DNA of 64,000 nt from Heterodontus francisci (lineage: Eukaryota), in assembly GCF_036365525.1 (NCBI RefSeq), contig NC_090387.1:18197766-18261765 (forward strand). The letters run 5' to 3'. The notes under the pieces were generated by a model, which saw nothing but the letters and a program-made list of their open reading frames with translations, was not told the DNA's origin and did no database searches. Shown in pieces: positions 47,432 through 59,699 of the stretch. Position numbers and translations under genes: made by a program. Numbering within the stretch: the first letter of the stretch is position 1; the number at the start of each line of letters is the position of its first letter.

Positions 47432-47750
47432 TTTAGTTTAGAGATACAGCACTGAAACAGGCCCTTCGGCCCACTGAGTCTGTGCTGACCATCAACAACC
47501 CATTTATACTAGTCCTACACTTAATCCCATATCCCTGCCACATCCCCACCTGTCCCTATATTTCCCTACTACCTACCTATACTCGGGGCAATTGCTAATG
47601 GCCAATTTACCTATCAACCTGCAAGTCTTTGGCATGTGGGAGGAAACCGGAGCACCCGGAGGAAACCCGCGCAGACACAGGGAGAACTTGCAAACTCCAC
47701 ACAGGCAGTACCCAGGATTGAACCCGGGTCGCTGGGTCAATGTGCCGCCA
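47432..47750 (-). mobile_element. V-SINE (HE1-like)
   Basis: V-domain core and CR1-like tail; part of the head is deleted. Confidence 0.88.
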
Positions 47751-48789
47751 TTGCTAGATTTAAATTTTCTAAAGCATTATAAAGTGACCAAATATTGAAT
47801 GGAAAAATATGGGTTAAAAGATGTCGCAGTTCAGAATTAGGAAAGGGCATTCTGGATGATTATTATATAGAATGTACAGCACAGAAACGGGCCAGATGGT
47901 GCAACTGGTCTGTGCTGATGTTTGTGCTCCACAAGAGCCTGCTCCCACCCTATTTCATCTGACCCTTTAGGCATAATGTTCTATTCCTTTATCCCTCATG
48001 GACATATCTAGCTTCCCCTTAAATTCATCTGTGCTATTATCCTTGACTGCTTCTTGTAGCAGGTTCCACATTCTCACCACTCTTTCGGTAAAGAGGTTTA
48101 TCCCTAATTTCCTGTTGGATTTATTGATAACTTATTTTTCTGTTACCTAGCTATAGCTAATGATAGCCTATATGGTTTTTAGAATGGTGTAAGTGGACAG
48201 TGTAGGACTATACAACCTGATCACCCACTCTCCAATTGGATAAAACAGAGATATGTGCATGCACAGAGCTCTGCTTAATATTGTGGGTGAGATGTTCTGC
48301 GATCTTGTCAGCTCTTCCCTAACCTTTTAAGAAAATTTTAGGAATATACCAAAAAGCCTTTAACTTTGAGAACCACAGGGCTTAGCTTGCTGGATAGTTA
48401 CAGTTAGGCAGAAGCAGTAATAGAAACAATTTCTTCCAGGCAGTCTAGTTAGCAGAACACTAAATCAACAAACATTTGGCTAAGTTGTACAGCCCAACTT
48501 GTGTTGATAGGACACAAGATATGCAGTGTAATTGTCTCATAAGGAAAATCCAAAGGCTTGAATAAATTCTAACCAGCTGTAATTGAGATATTATGATGTA
48601 TTGTGATGAATTCAAAAATAAAATGAAAATATTTTTCTTCTGATTTCAATAAAGGCTTTATGGCTGTTTACAATGTCTTTTATTTGTTTATTCATTAAAA
48701 ATATTGTGTGTGATGCACACTTCTGTCCACAAACCTCACTTCCAGATATCATAATTTTTGGCCGTGTTTTTCTGTCAATATTTCCCATT

Positions 48790-49165
48790 ATTTTATTTAT
48801 TTAGAGATACAGCACTGAAACAGGCCCTTCGGCCCACCGAGTCTGTGCCGACCAAGAACCACCCACTTATACTCCATCTCCTTGGCCTCCTTATCTCGAG
48901 AGACAATGGGTAAGCGCCCCATTTATACTAACCCTACAGTAATCCCATATTCCCTACCACCTACCTACACTAGGGGCAATTTACAATGGCCATTTACCTA
49001 TTACCTGCAAGTCCTTGGCGGTGGGAGGGAACCAGAGCACCCGGCGAAAATCCACGCGGTCACAGGGAGAACTTGCAAACTCCACACAGGCAGTACCCAG
49101 AATTGAACCCGGGTCCCTGGAACTGTGAGGCTGCAGTGCTAACCACTGCGCCACTGTGCCGCCCT
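48790..49165 (-). mobile_element. V-SINE carrying a 44-bp RTE 3'-end insertion
   Basis: Standard V-SINE with extra 48874-48917 that matches the RTE terminus at ~12991-13030. Confidence 0.9.
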
Positions 49166-49971
49166 ACTACATAAACAGTGACAATGTAGTTATTGGCCAC
49201 TAAGTAGCACCATGGAATGAGTTTTTGAATTTCCTTCCCCAAATTTGTTGCCATCTTGTATATGTAGAAATAAACTTGGGTTCGTGAACTGATTTTGGGC
49301 AATTTATTTGTTTCATATAAATCCCCATGATTGAATGTCTTTGCTGATTCTGTTCGTTGCATTGTTTAAAATGGAAATCACCCCCTTCTAGAGTGTATTT
49401 GTACTGTATTACCCATCACATTATTAGCATCATTCGATGGTATCAAATCCAGACCCAGAAATTATCCAGCTACGATTTGTACTACACCTTTAGTTAATAT
49501 TATGCATAGCTTAATCACATCTTACTGGGTTACATGACAAATAGAGTGGAAGAAAGTCATCCTCGTTCCCAAGGGACTGCCTAAGAAGAAGATGTAGGGA
49601 GTTGGGTTTTCAGTCTTCTTCCCATTTGGAGATCACATGGCACAAACCCATTTTGTAGTCGGGTTAGACGATAGCTCAAAAGTGCAATTTGAACATCCTC
49701 ATTCTTCTTCAGCAATGAGTTTACCGTACGCACTCCTCTTTGAGCTTCACCATTGGCTTGAGGGATCTTGGTGAGCTAGTGGTATGAACAAATCCATATA
49801 ATTCTGTGAACTCTTTATGACGTCATAACTCAAGTTTTCATTAGCAAACTGTGGTCCATTGGTTGAAATTACAAGGTCTAGGATTCTATGAGTTACGAAT
49901 ATCTCCTTCAACGATGTAATCACTGCTTCAGAAGTTTGACCTTGCAGTTTCTTGACTTCTATCCATTCTTC

Positions 49972-50355
49972 TGTGTGGTGAGGTCGCCAGTGCCAGACGA
50001 CCAGTGGGACGCCCAAAGCTCCACTTCAAGGATCCTTGCAAGCATGACATGAAGACCCTAAATGTCGACTATTGCAACTGAGAGTCACTAACTGGCGAAA
50101 GAGGGAAATGGTGACACATCCTGTGGACTGGTGTGCACGACCACAATGACCAGTTGCTCCAGCAGCTTGGCAAAAGGCGCCAACATCAAAAACAATAATT
50201 CACTTCGTCACTTGGCAGCTTCATGTGCAGCACTAGTGGCAGAACCTGCCTCTCAAGGATTAGCTTTCAACAAAGGTGCGCCAAGAGAATTCACCCCACT
50301 TAAAAGGGTTGTTTGCTGCGTATCCATTATCTTTCGTAGATGGAAGGATGCCATT
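49972..50355 (+). mobile_element. Older RTE-clade LINE 3' end inserted in the Gypsy integrase
   Basis: GEVASARRPVGRPKLHFKDPCKHDMK...FMCSTSGRTCLSRIS parallels the C-terminus of the 12966 RTE; the 3' UTR CCATTATCTTTCGTAGATGGAAGGATGCC is RTE-like. Confidence 0.75.
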
Positions 50356-51145
50356 ACTCCTGAGTAATAGTCAACAATCAAGACATTTAACCTCTGTATT
50401 CAAAAAGATCCTATGGTTTGATGGAAAGAAAGATGACATCAGTGGTTCTCTTGACGATGAATAGCACATGTAATACATCTTGATATCATCTCTTCCAGTG
50501 ATTTTGAAAGAGCTGGCCACCAAACAGAATTTCTTGCTCTGTCTCGACATTTTGTGATGCCAAGTTTCCTTGGTGCAATCTTTGTAGTATGTCTAATCTG
50601 AGAACTCTCGGAATGACCAATCTCTTGTCCTAAATGAGTAAATCATCAACTACACTGAGGTAGCTTATCTGTTCGTAGTACTGTCTGAGAATAGGATTGT
50701 GTGGCATGTATGCTGGCCACCCTTTGACACAGTACTGTCTGACTTGAGCACATTCCTCAGGTTTCTGTGCATATCTGATTTCCTGCAGTCTCTGAGTTGT
50801 CACTGGTAGAATTGTGGTTGTTGTTGATACAAAGGTTTATACCTCTTCAATAAGGGGTACATCACCTTGTTCTGGTTTTGCAGCTGGGATACAAGACAAT
50901 GCATATCCTGTGATCTGCTGCTTTCCTGGAACATACTCTGTCTTTGCATCAAACCTCATCATCCTCAGTCTGAACCTTAGAGCTCGTGGACGCATCTTTG
51001 CGAACTCCTTTGCATTTAGGAGAGTTGTCAAAGGTTTGTGGTTTGTCTCTATCTTGAAGATAAGACCAATAACATAATCTGCAAACTTTTCATAAACCCA
51101 TGCAGCTGCTAATGCTTCTTTCTCTATCGCTGTATATCTCTGTTC

Positions 51146-53100
51146 AACCTGTTCACTCAGCTCCTGACCTCATTACAGCCTTGGTTCTGGGGTGAGGTGA
51201 GAGTAACTGCCCTTGACATCAAGGCAGTATTTGACTGAGTATGGCATCAAGGAGCCCTAGCAAAACTGGAGTTGTGGTTGTTGGAGGTCAATCATCTCAG
51301 TCCCAGGATATCACTGCAGGAGTTCCTCAGGGCAGTGTCCTAGGCCCAGCCATCTTCAGCTGCTTCATCAATGACCTTCCCTCCATCATAAGGTCAGAAG
51401 TGGGGATGTTCGCTAATGATTACACAATGTTCAGCACCATTCGCAACTCCTCAGATACTGAAGCAGTCTGGGTAGAAATGCAGCAAGACCTGGACAATAT
51501 CCAGGCTTGGGCTGATAAGTCACAAGTAACATTCATGCTACACGAGTTCCAGGCAGTGACCATCTCAAACAAGAGAGAATCTAACCATCTTCCAAGCAAG
51601 TGAAGTTCAATGCAGAGAAATGCGAAGTGATTCATTTTGGTAGTAAGAACATGGAGAGACAATATAAAATAAAAGGTATAATTCTAAACGGAGTGCAGGA
51701 GCAGAGGGACCTGGGTGTTTTTGTGCATAAGTCATTGAAGGTAGCAGGACAGGTTGAGAGAGCGGTTAATAAAGCATACAGTATCCTGGGCTTAATTAAT
51801 AGGGGCATAGAGTACAAGAGCAAGGAAGTTATTTTGAACTTGTGTAAGACACTAGTTCAGCCTCAGCTGGAGTACGGTGTCCAATTCTGGGCGCCGCACC
51901 TTAGGAAAGACGCGAGAGCATTGGAGAGAGTACAGAAAAGATTCACGAGAATGGTTCTGGGGTGAGGAATTTCAGTTATGAAGGTAGATTGGAGAAGTTA
52001 GGACTGTTTTCCTTGGAGAAGAGAAGGCTGAGAGGTGACTTGATAGTGGTATTCAAAATCATGAGGGGTCTGGACAGAGTAGATAGAGAAAGGCTGGTCC
52101 CATTCATGAAAAGATCGAGAACGAGAGGGCACAGATTTAAAGTATTTGGTAAGAGAAGCAAAAGTGACATGAGGAAAAACTTTTTCACGCAGCGATTGGT
52201 TAAGGTCTGGAATGCGCTGCCTGAGTGTGTGGTGGAGGCAGGTTCAACTGAAGCATTCAAAAGGGAATTAAATATATGAAAAGGAAGAATGTGCAGGGTT
52301 ATAGGGAGAAGGCGGGGGAATGGAACTGTGGGAGTTGCTCTTTCAGAGACCCAGTGCAGACACGATGGGCCGAATGGCAGCCTCCCATGCTATAATGATG
52401 CTGTGATCTCCCCTTGATGTTCAATGGCATTACCATCGCTGAATTCCCCCACTATTAACATTCTTCTAGTCAACATTGACAAAAAACTGAATTGGACCAG
52501 CCATATAAATGCTGTGGCTACAAGAGCAGGTCAGAGGCTGGGAATTCTGTGGCGAGTAATCCACCTCCTGACTCCCCAAAGCCTGTCCACCATCTACAAG
52601 GCACAAGTCAGGAGTGTAATGGAATACTCTCCACTTGCCTGGATGGGTGCAGCTCCAACAACACTCCAGAAGATTGACACCATCCAGGACAAAGTAGTCC
52701 ACTTGATTGCTACGCCATCCATCACCTTCAAGATTCATTCCCTCCACCACTGATGCACAGTGGCAGCAGTGTACCATAGACAAGATGCACTGCAGCAACT
52801 CATCAAGGCTCCTTCCACAGCACCTTCCCAACCTGCAACCTCTACCACCAAGAAGGACAAGGGCAGCAGATGCATGGGAACACCACCACCTGCAAATTCC
52901 CATCCTAGCCACACACCATCCTGACTTGGAACTATATCGCCATTCCTTCACTGTCGCTGGGTCAATATCCTGGAACTCCCTTCCTAACAGCACTTTGGGT
53001 ATACCTGCACCCCAAGGACGACAGCAGTTCACCACCTTCTCAAGGGCAAGTAGGAATCGTAGCCAGCGATGCCCACATCCTATGAACAAATTTTTTAAAA
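51146..53100 (+). mobile_element. 5'-truncated copy of the tRNA-headed LINE family, split by a CR1
   Basis: 51155-51593 and 52406-53100 are collinear with ~25855-27060. Confidence 0.9.
51594..52405 (+). mobile_element. CR1 3' portion
   Basis: ORFs 51600-51965 and 51962-52279: [44 protein letters not shown]. Confidence 0.9.
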
Positions 53101-54684
53101 AGTCTCTGTCAGTGAACGGGATGTGTAGTAAACTGGTCTGCATTTTCCATCTGTCTGTGTCTAAAACAGTATGGCTCCCTGTCGAGTAGAAGATGCATCT
53201 GCAGCAATGATGATGGGTAGCTCAGGGTCATAGTGAGCCAACACATCTGGTGATATTAGCATTTCTTCTTTTTTTTTCAAATGATCTCTGTTGTGCTTCC
53301 TACAAACACCATGTATTGTCCTGTCTTAACAATCGATGTAGTGGCTCATTGACTCCAGCTAGGTTCATTCCCATAAATCTCTGTAGCTCAGTTACATTCC
53401 TTGGAGCTGGAAACTCCTTGATTGCTCTTGTTTTAGTGTATCAACTCTTACACTAGATCCATCTACAATATGTCTGAGGAATTTGACAATTGGCTACGAG
53501 AAGTCACATTTTTTATTGAGTGTAAGACCTGCTTTCTCTAAACATTGAAACACTGCTCTCACGGTAGTGTCATGTTCTACCTGGGTGGATCCATGGATCA
53601 GGACATCATCCATATGACACACAACTCCATCGAACCCTTCTAGGATGCTTGACATTGTCCTTTGGAAAATTTCAGGCATGACATGATACCAAAGGGTGTT
53701 CTGTTGAAACAAATCCTTCCAAATGGGGTGAAGAAGGCTGTGAGCATCAACTGATTTGCATACTTAACCCAGTAACAATGCAATATCCAGTATACCGCAT
53801 TACATTACAAAAGGTGCTATATAATGCAAGTTGTTGTTATTGGATTCAGTATCACTCACCACTCTAAACTGGCCTAAACTGTAAGTAAACCAGATTGTGC
53901 CTTTACCTACCCATCTTTCCAATAGAACACCTTTGTCAAGGTACTTCAGCTTACTGAACCATGCTGTGATCATCTTATCTTCAGTAGGTGGAAGAATACA
54001 CACTCTTTCAGATCATGGCTGTAGATCGTTAACCCATGTAAGATATGACAGGTTAAAGAACAGTATTCCATACAAACAACATATTTATAATAATCACAAA
54101 CTTTACTCATTCCCCCCTTCCCCCACAATGTCTAAAAGCAACACAAATGTTTTTCCTGTGATAACCTTCAGCACTAATTTGACCCTTGGAACCTAGCTTC
54201 TTTAAATGTCACATAGTTAACTATTACCATGGACTTCTCTGATCCTGCTGACTGGTGAGATGAAAACAGGCAGCCAATAGAAGCCTGTAGTTGGAAGCTA
54301 CTGACTGCAGAGTTGGCTGCTTAAGGGACCAAGACAAATTATTCACCCATCTTCTTGACCAAGGTTTCAGTCATCCCCTCCTATATTCTGTGGTTTAGTG
54401 TCCATTCCCAGATCTATCTCTATATGATTTTTCTTCATCTCTGTGAATCATCTTGGGTTGATTTCTCAGCTAAAAGCTCAGTGTAAAGCAACTTGTTGTG
54501 GGCCCTCTCACAGACTTAGTTTGATGTTGTTGTGAAACCTCTTAGGATGTTTTGCTATGTTAAAGATGCTATAAATGCGAGTTGTTCTTGTCTAAACCTC
54601 AGACATAGCTGTCAATCGAGCTCATTACATAAAAAACTCCCTCAGATGTCAGTCCCTAGGACTTTATAATTTGAATGGATTGGC

Positions 54685-55058
54685 CCCGTCCTGTGAAACC
54701 TGTTGATCAGTGCCAGGCATTTCAGACACAAATAGAATATGTTGGAAGCGCTCAGCAGGTCAGTGACCATCTGTGGAAAAAAACTGACAAGATAACATTT
54801 CAGGTGCAACAGGTTCATCAGAAGTGGAAAAAAAATGACAGGAACAGAACAAAGGGAGGGACAGGAATGGAAGACATGCATATTCACAGTGAGATAGGTT
54901 AAAGCAAGCTGTGAAGTGATTAAATGGAACACATTGAATGACTGATATATTAACATGAGACCATAGGGAGAAGCAAACTAAAAGAAACTGAAATAAAAAC
55001 AGAAAGTGCTGGAAATACTCAGCAGGTTTGGCAGCATCTGTGGAGAGAGAAACAGAGT
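54685..55058 (-). mobile_element. Penelope pseudo-LTR fragments
   Basis: Two pieces of AAATACTCAGCAGGT..GCAGCATCTGTGGAGAGAGAAACAGAGT, the reverse complement of ~61895-61960. Confidence 0.6.
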
Positions 55059-55250
55059 GTGTGGTGGTGTGGGGGTGTGGGGAGTGTGGGGGGTGATGGT
55101 GGTGCTGGGGGGTGTGGTAGTATGTGGGCGGTGGTGCTGTGGGGAGTGTGGGTGGTGATGGTGGTGCTGGGGGGTGTGGTAGTATGTGGGGGGTGGTGAT
55201 GTGGGGGTGCTGTCGTGGTGATGGGTTATGGTGGTGGTAGCTGGTTGTAG
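55058..55250 (+). repeat. G/T-rich low-complexity repeat with an internal tandem duplication
   Basis: Two ~60-bp units GTGGGGAGTGTGGG..TGATGGTGGTGCTGGGGG.TGTGGTAGTATGTGGG. Confidence 0.8.
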
Positions 55251-55384
55251 GTGTATAAGAGGTATGAAATGGAAACAGGGAGATGCTGTCAAAGTGAAAC
55301 AGAATCTCAAAGCCTCAGGAAAAGAAAACGAGAGCAAGGATGGAGACTGTCCCACCAGCAAGATGTTCCAATGGGCAAACCTGT

Positions 55385-55742
55385 CTTAGTTTAGTTTAGT
55401 TTAGAGATACAGCACTGAAACAGGCCCTTCGGCCCACCGAGTCTGTGCCGACCATCATCCACCCATTTTATACTAATCCTACACTAATTCCACATTACTA
55501 CCACATCCCCACCTGTCCCTATATTTCCCTACCACCTACCTATACTAGGGGCAATTTATAATGGCCAGTTAACCTATCAACCAGCAAGTCTTTGGCATGT
55601 GGGAGGAAACCGGAGCACCCGGAGGAAACCCACGCAGACACAGGGAGAACTTGCAAACTCCACACAGGCAGTACCCAGAATTGAACCTGGGTCGCTGGAG
55701 CTGTGAGGCTGCAGTGCTAACCACTGTGCCACTGTGCCGCCC
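55385..55742 (-). mobile_element. V-SINE (HE1-like), full length
   Basis: (TTTAG)n tail on the plus strand, V core and tRNA head GGCGGCACAGTGGCACAGTGGTTAGCACTGC on the minus strand. Confidence 0.9.
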
Positions 55743-56117
55743 GTGCCACCACCACCCCCTGCCCCCACACAGAGAGATGGATGTACCCATCTTGCATTGC
55801 CAGCATCTCCTGGTGTAAAGAAGGTTGGAACTAAAGTTAAGGTCTAAGTCATTGTTTATGCTGGAGGGTTGCAAACCGTCCGAAAGAAAGATAAGGCACT
55901 GTTTGTCAAGCTTTATCGGAAGAGTGTAGCACGTCAAAGAAAGAGGGCTCAGAATGAGAGGGAATTGAGGTGGCAAGCAGTAGGAAACTTGAGTTGGCAC
56001 TTGCGGGCAGAACGGAAGTGTTCGTCAAGACACTCACTTAAATCTACATTAGGTCTCCCCAAAGCAAAGGAGAGCACATAATGAATATTGGATGCAGAAT
56101 ATACAGAATGCCGGTTT

Positions 56118-59100
56118 TGTGTTTAAACTAATTTGGCAGGGGGATGGGAACCAGAGCCACGGATCAGTGGATGGGGTAGCTGTTGAGCAGGCAGATACCG
56201 AGTGCAGAGAGTCTGCGAGGAAGGTTAGACAGTTGACAGGGCAAAGTTGCAGCCAGTATGATGGGTTGAAGTGTGTCTATTTTAACGCAAGAAGTGTCAG
56301 GAATAAGGGTGATGAACTGAGAGCATGGATCAGTACTTGGAGCTACGATGTTGTGGCCATTACGGAGACGTGGATATCACAGGGGCAGGAATGGATGTTG
56401 GATGTTCCGGGGTTTAGATGTTTCAAAAGGAATAGGGAGGGAGGTAAAAGAGGTGGGGGAGTGGCATTGCTAATCAGGGATAGTATCACAGCTGCAGAAA
56501 GGGAGGTCGTCGAGGAGTGTTTGTCTACTGAGTCATTATGGGTGGAAGTCAGAAACAGGAAAGGAGCAGTCACTTTGTTGGGAGTTTTCTATAGACCCCC
56601 CAATAGCAACAGAGACATGGAGGAACAGATTGGGAGGCAGATTTTGGAAAGGTGCAGAAGTAACAGTGTTGTTGTCATGGGTGACTTCAACTTCCCTAAT
56701 ATTGATTGGAACCTCCTTAGTGCAAACAGTTTGGATGGAGCAGTTTTTGTCAGGTGTGTCCAGGAAGGTTTCCTGACTCTATATGTAGATAGGCCGACTA
56801 GAGGGGAGACTATGTTGGACTTGGTGCTTGGCAACGAACGAGGCCAGGTGGCAGATCTCTCGGTGGGAGAGCATTTCGGTGATAGTGATCACAACTCCCT
56901 GACCTTCACTATAGTCATGGAGATGGACAGGAGCAGACGGGATGGGAAAATATTTAATTGGGGGAGGGGGAATTACAATGCTATTAGGCAGGAACTGGGG
57001 AGCATAAATTGGGAACAGATGTTCTCAGGGAAATGCACGACAGAAATGTGGAGGTTGTTTAGGGAGCACTTGCTGCGACTGCAGGATAGGTTTGCCCCGA
57101 TGAGGCAGGGAAGGGATGGTAGGATGAAGGAACCTTGGATGACAAGAGATGTGGAACAGCTAGTCAAGAGGAAGAAGGAGGCTTACTTAAGGTTGAGGAA
57201 GCAAGGATCAGACAGGGCTCTAGAGGGTTACAAGGTTGCCAGGAAGGAACTGAAGAATGGACTTAGGAGAGCTAGAAGGGGACATGAAAAAGTCTTGGCG
57301 GGTAGGATTAAGGAAAATCCCAATGCGTTCTGCACTTATGTGGGGAACAAGAGGATAGCCAGAGTGAGGATAGGGCCAATCAGAGATAGTGGAGGGAACT
57401 TGTGCCTGGAGTGGGAGGAGGTAGGGGAGGTCCTAAATGAATACTTTGCTTCAGTATTCACTAGTGAGAGGGACCTGGTCGTTTGTGAGGACAGCGTGGA
57501 ACAGGCTGATATGCTGGAACAGGTTGAGGTTAAGAGGGAGGATGTGCTGGAGAATTTGAATGATATGAGGACCGATAAGTCCCCGGGGCCAGACGGGATA
57601 TACCCAAGGATATTACGGGAAACGAGGGAAGAGATTGCTGCGCATTTGGCGATGATCTTTGCGTCTTCACTGTCCACTGGAGTAGTACCGGATGATTGGA
57701 GGGTGGCAAATGTTGTTCCCTTGTTCAAGAAAGGGAATAGGGATAACCCTGGGAATTATAGACCAGTCAGTCTTACGTCGGTAGTGGGCAAATTATTGGA
57801 GAGGATTCTGAGAGACAGGATTTATGATTATTTGGAAAAGCATGGTTTGATTAGAGACAGTCAGCATGGCTTTGTGAGGGGCAGGTCATGCCTCACAAGC
57901 CTCATTGAATTCTTTGAAGATGTGACAAAACACATTGATGAAGGAAGAGCAGTGGATGTGGTGTATATGGATTTAGCCAGGCGTTTGATAAGGTTCCCCA
58001 TGGTAAGCTCATTCAGAAAGTAAGGAGGCATGGGATTCAGGGAAAGTTGGCTGTCTGGATACAAAATTGGCTGGCCCATAGAAGTCAGAGGGTGGTAGTA
58101 GATGGAAAGTATTCAGCATGGAGCTCGGTGACCAGTGGTGTTCCACAAGGATCTGTTCTGGGACCTCTGCTCTTTGTGATTTTTATAAATGACTTGGATG
58201 AGGAAGTGGAAGGCTGGGTTAGCAAGTTTGCCGATGACACGAAGGTTGCTGGAGTTGTGGATAGTGTGGAAGGCTGTTGCAGGTTGCAACGGGACATTCA
58301 CAGGATGCAGAGCTGGGCTGAGAAGTGGCAGATGGAGTTCAACCTGGAAAAGTGTGAAGTGATTCATTTTGGAAGGTCGAATTTTGAATGCGGAATACAG
58401 GCTTAAAGACAGGATTCTTGGTAGTCTGGAGGAACAGAGGGATCTTGGGGTCCATGTCCACAGATCGCTCAAAGTTGCCACCCAAGTTGATAGGGTTGTT
58501 AACAAGGCGTATGGTGTGTTGGCTTTCATTAACAGGGGGATTGAGTTTAAGAGCCGCGAGGTTATGCTGCAGCTCTATAAGGCCCTGGTTCGACCACACT
58601 TGGAATATTGTGTTCAGTTCTGGTCGCCTCATTATAGGAAGGATGTGGAAGCTTTAGAGAGGGTGCAGAGGAGATTTACCAGGATGCTGCCTGGACTGGA
58701 GGGCATGTCCTATGAAGAAAGATTGAGGGAGCTAGGGCGTTTCTCATTGGATGAGAAGGTGTCTTGATAGAGGGGTACAAGATGATGAGAGGCATAGATA
58801 GAGTGGATAGCCAGAGACTTTTTCCCAGGGTGGAAAGGGCTATCACCAGGGGGCATAATTTTAAGGTGATTGGAGGAAGGTTTCGGGGAGATGTCAGAGT
58901 AGGTTCTTTACACAGAGAGTGGTGGGTGCGTGGAATGCGCTGCCAGCGGTGGTAGTAGAAGCAGATACATTCGGGACACTTAAGCGACTCTTGGATAGGT
59001 ACATGGATGATAGTAGAATGAAGGATAGGTAGTTAGTTTGATATTAGAGTAGGTTAAAGGTTCGGCACAACATCGTGGGCCGAAGGGCCTCTACTGTGCT

Positions 59101-59124
59101 GTACTGTTCTATGTTCTGTGTTCT
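56118..59124 (+). mobile_element. CR1 LINE with near-complete ORF2 (APE-RT), several frameshifts
   Basis: APE (YFNARS, AITETW, MGDFN, LDLVL, SDHN) and RT ([29 protein letters not shown]); frameshifts near 57975, 58380 and 58760; tail GGGCCGAAGGGCCTCTACTGTGCTGTACTGTTCTATGTTCT. Confidence 0.95.
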
Positions 59125-59699
59125 GCATCTCTGACAAAAATAAGTAACAACACACCACCTGTGGAAACAGGAAACATGAGATTGCATTGCACATCTATGA
59201 CTACACACGTGCCTCAAAACAATTAAAAGCTTTTACTTAAGTTTTCAAATGACAAACGTTCTGTGTATTGCATAAATATCAGTGAAAAGCTAGGCAGCAT
59301 AAACCCATTGTTGCCTCAGCTGATTTGAGTCTCTACTCTCTTGAGTCACACTCAGCCTTGTTCAGTGGTTGCTTCTATTACCCCATGTGCCTGTCCATTA
59401 TTTAATGTGTCCATATTTATAGCTAGCTCTCCAGAGGGTTTGTGATTAAGTCAGTGTCCATCTTCTTATTGCACAACCTCTGCTGATTTATTTCAGTATG
59501 TTCTGCTTCAAACGTAAGCACAGGCAAAAATGTAAATTAACAAAATGATGCTCGCACATGTATTAAATCATCATCATATTGAAAGAAAATCATTAAATTC
59601 TCCAAAAGTACAACAGGTCAGTTGGCATTTAAAAGGGAAAGATAGGATGGGACTCTTGATCAACCAACAGCTGGATGAGGAATCCTTGTTCCAACTTTC

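Larger units (their letters stand above)
49600..53750 (-). mobile_element. Degenerate Gypsy/Ty3 LTR-retrotransposon pol (RT-RNase H-integrase), interrupted by younger insertions
   Basis: Minus-strand RT PEIFQRTMSSILEGFDGVVCHMDDVLIHG (53494-53712), RNase H SRSLTETEQRYTAIEKEALA / ETNHKPL / YVPGKQ, integrase WIEVKKL..QTSEAVI.SLKEIF...STNGPQF; the order RT-RH-IN is Gypsy-like. Confidence 0.85.

Noticed and set aside
54978-55361. His/Pro/Thr-rich ORF on the minus strand
   Set aside because: Translation of a G/T-rich simple repeat plus a Penelope terminus.
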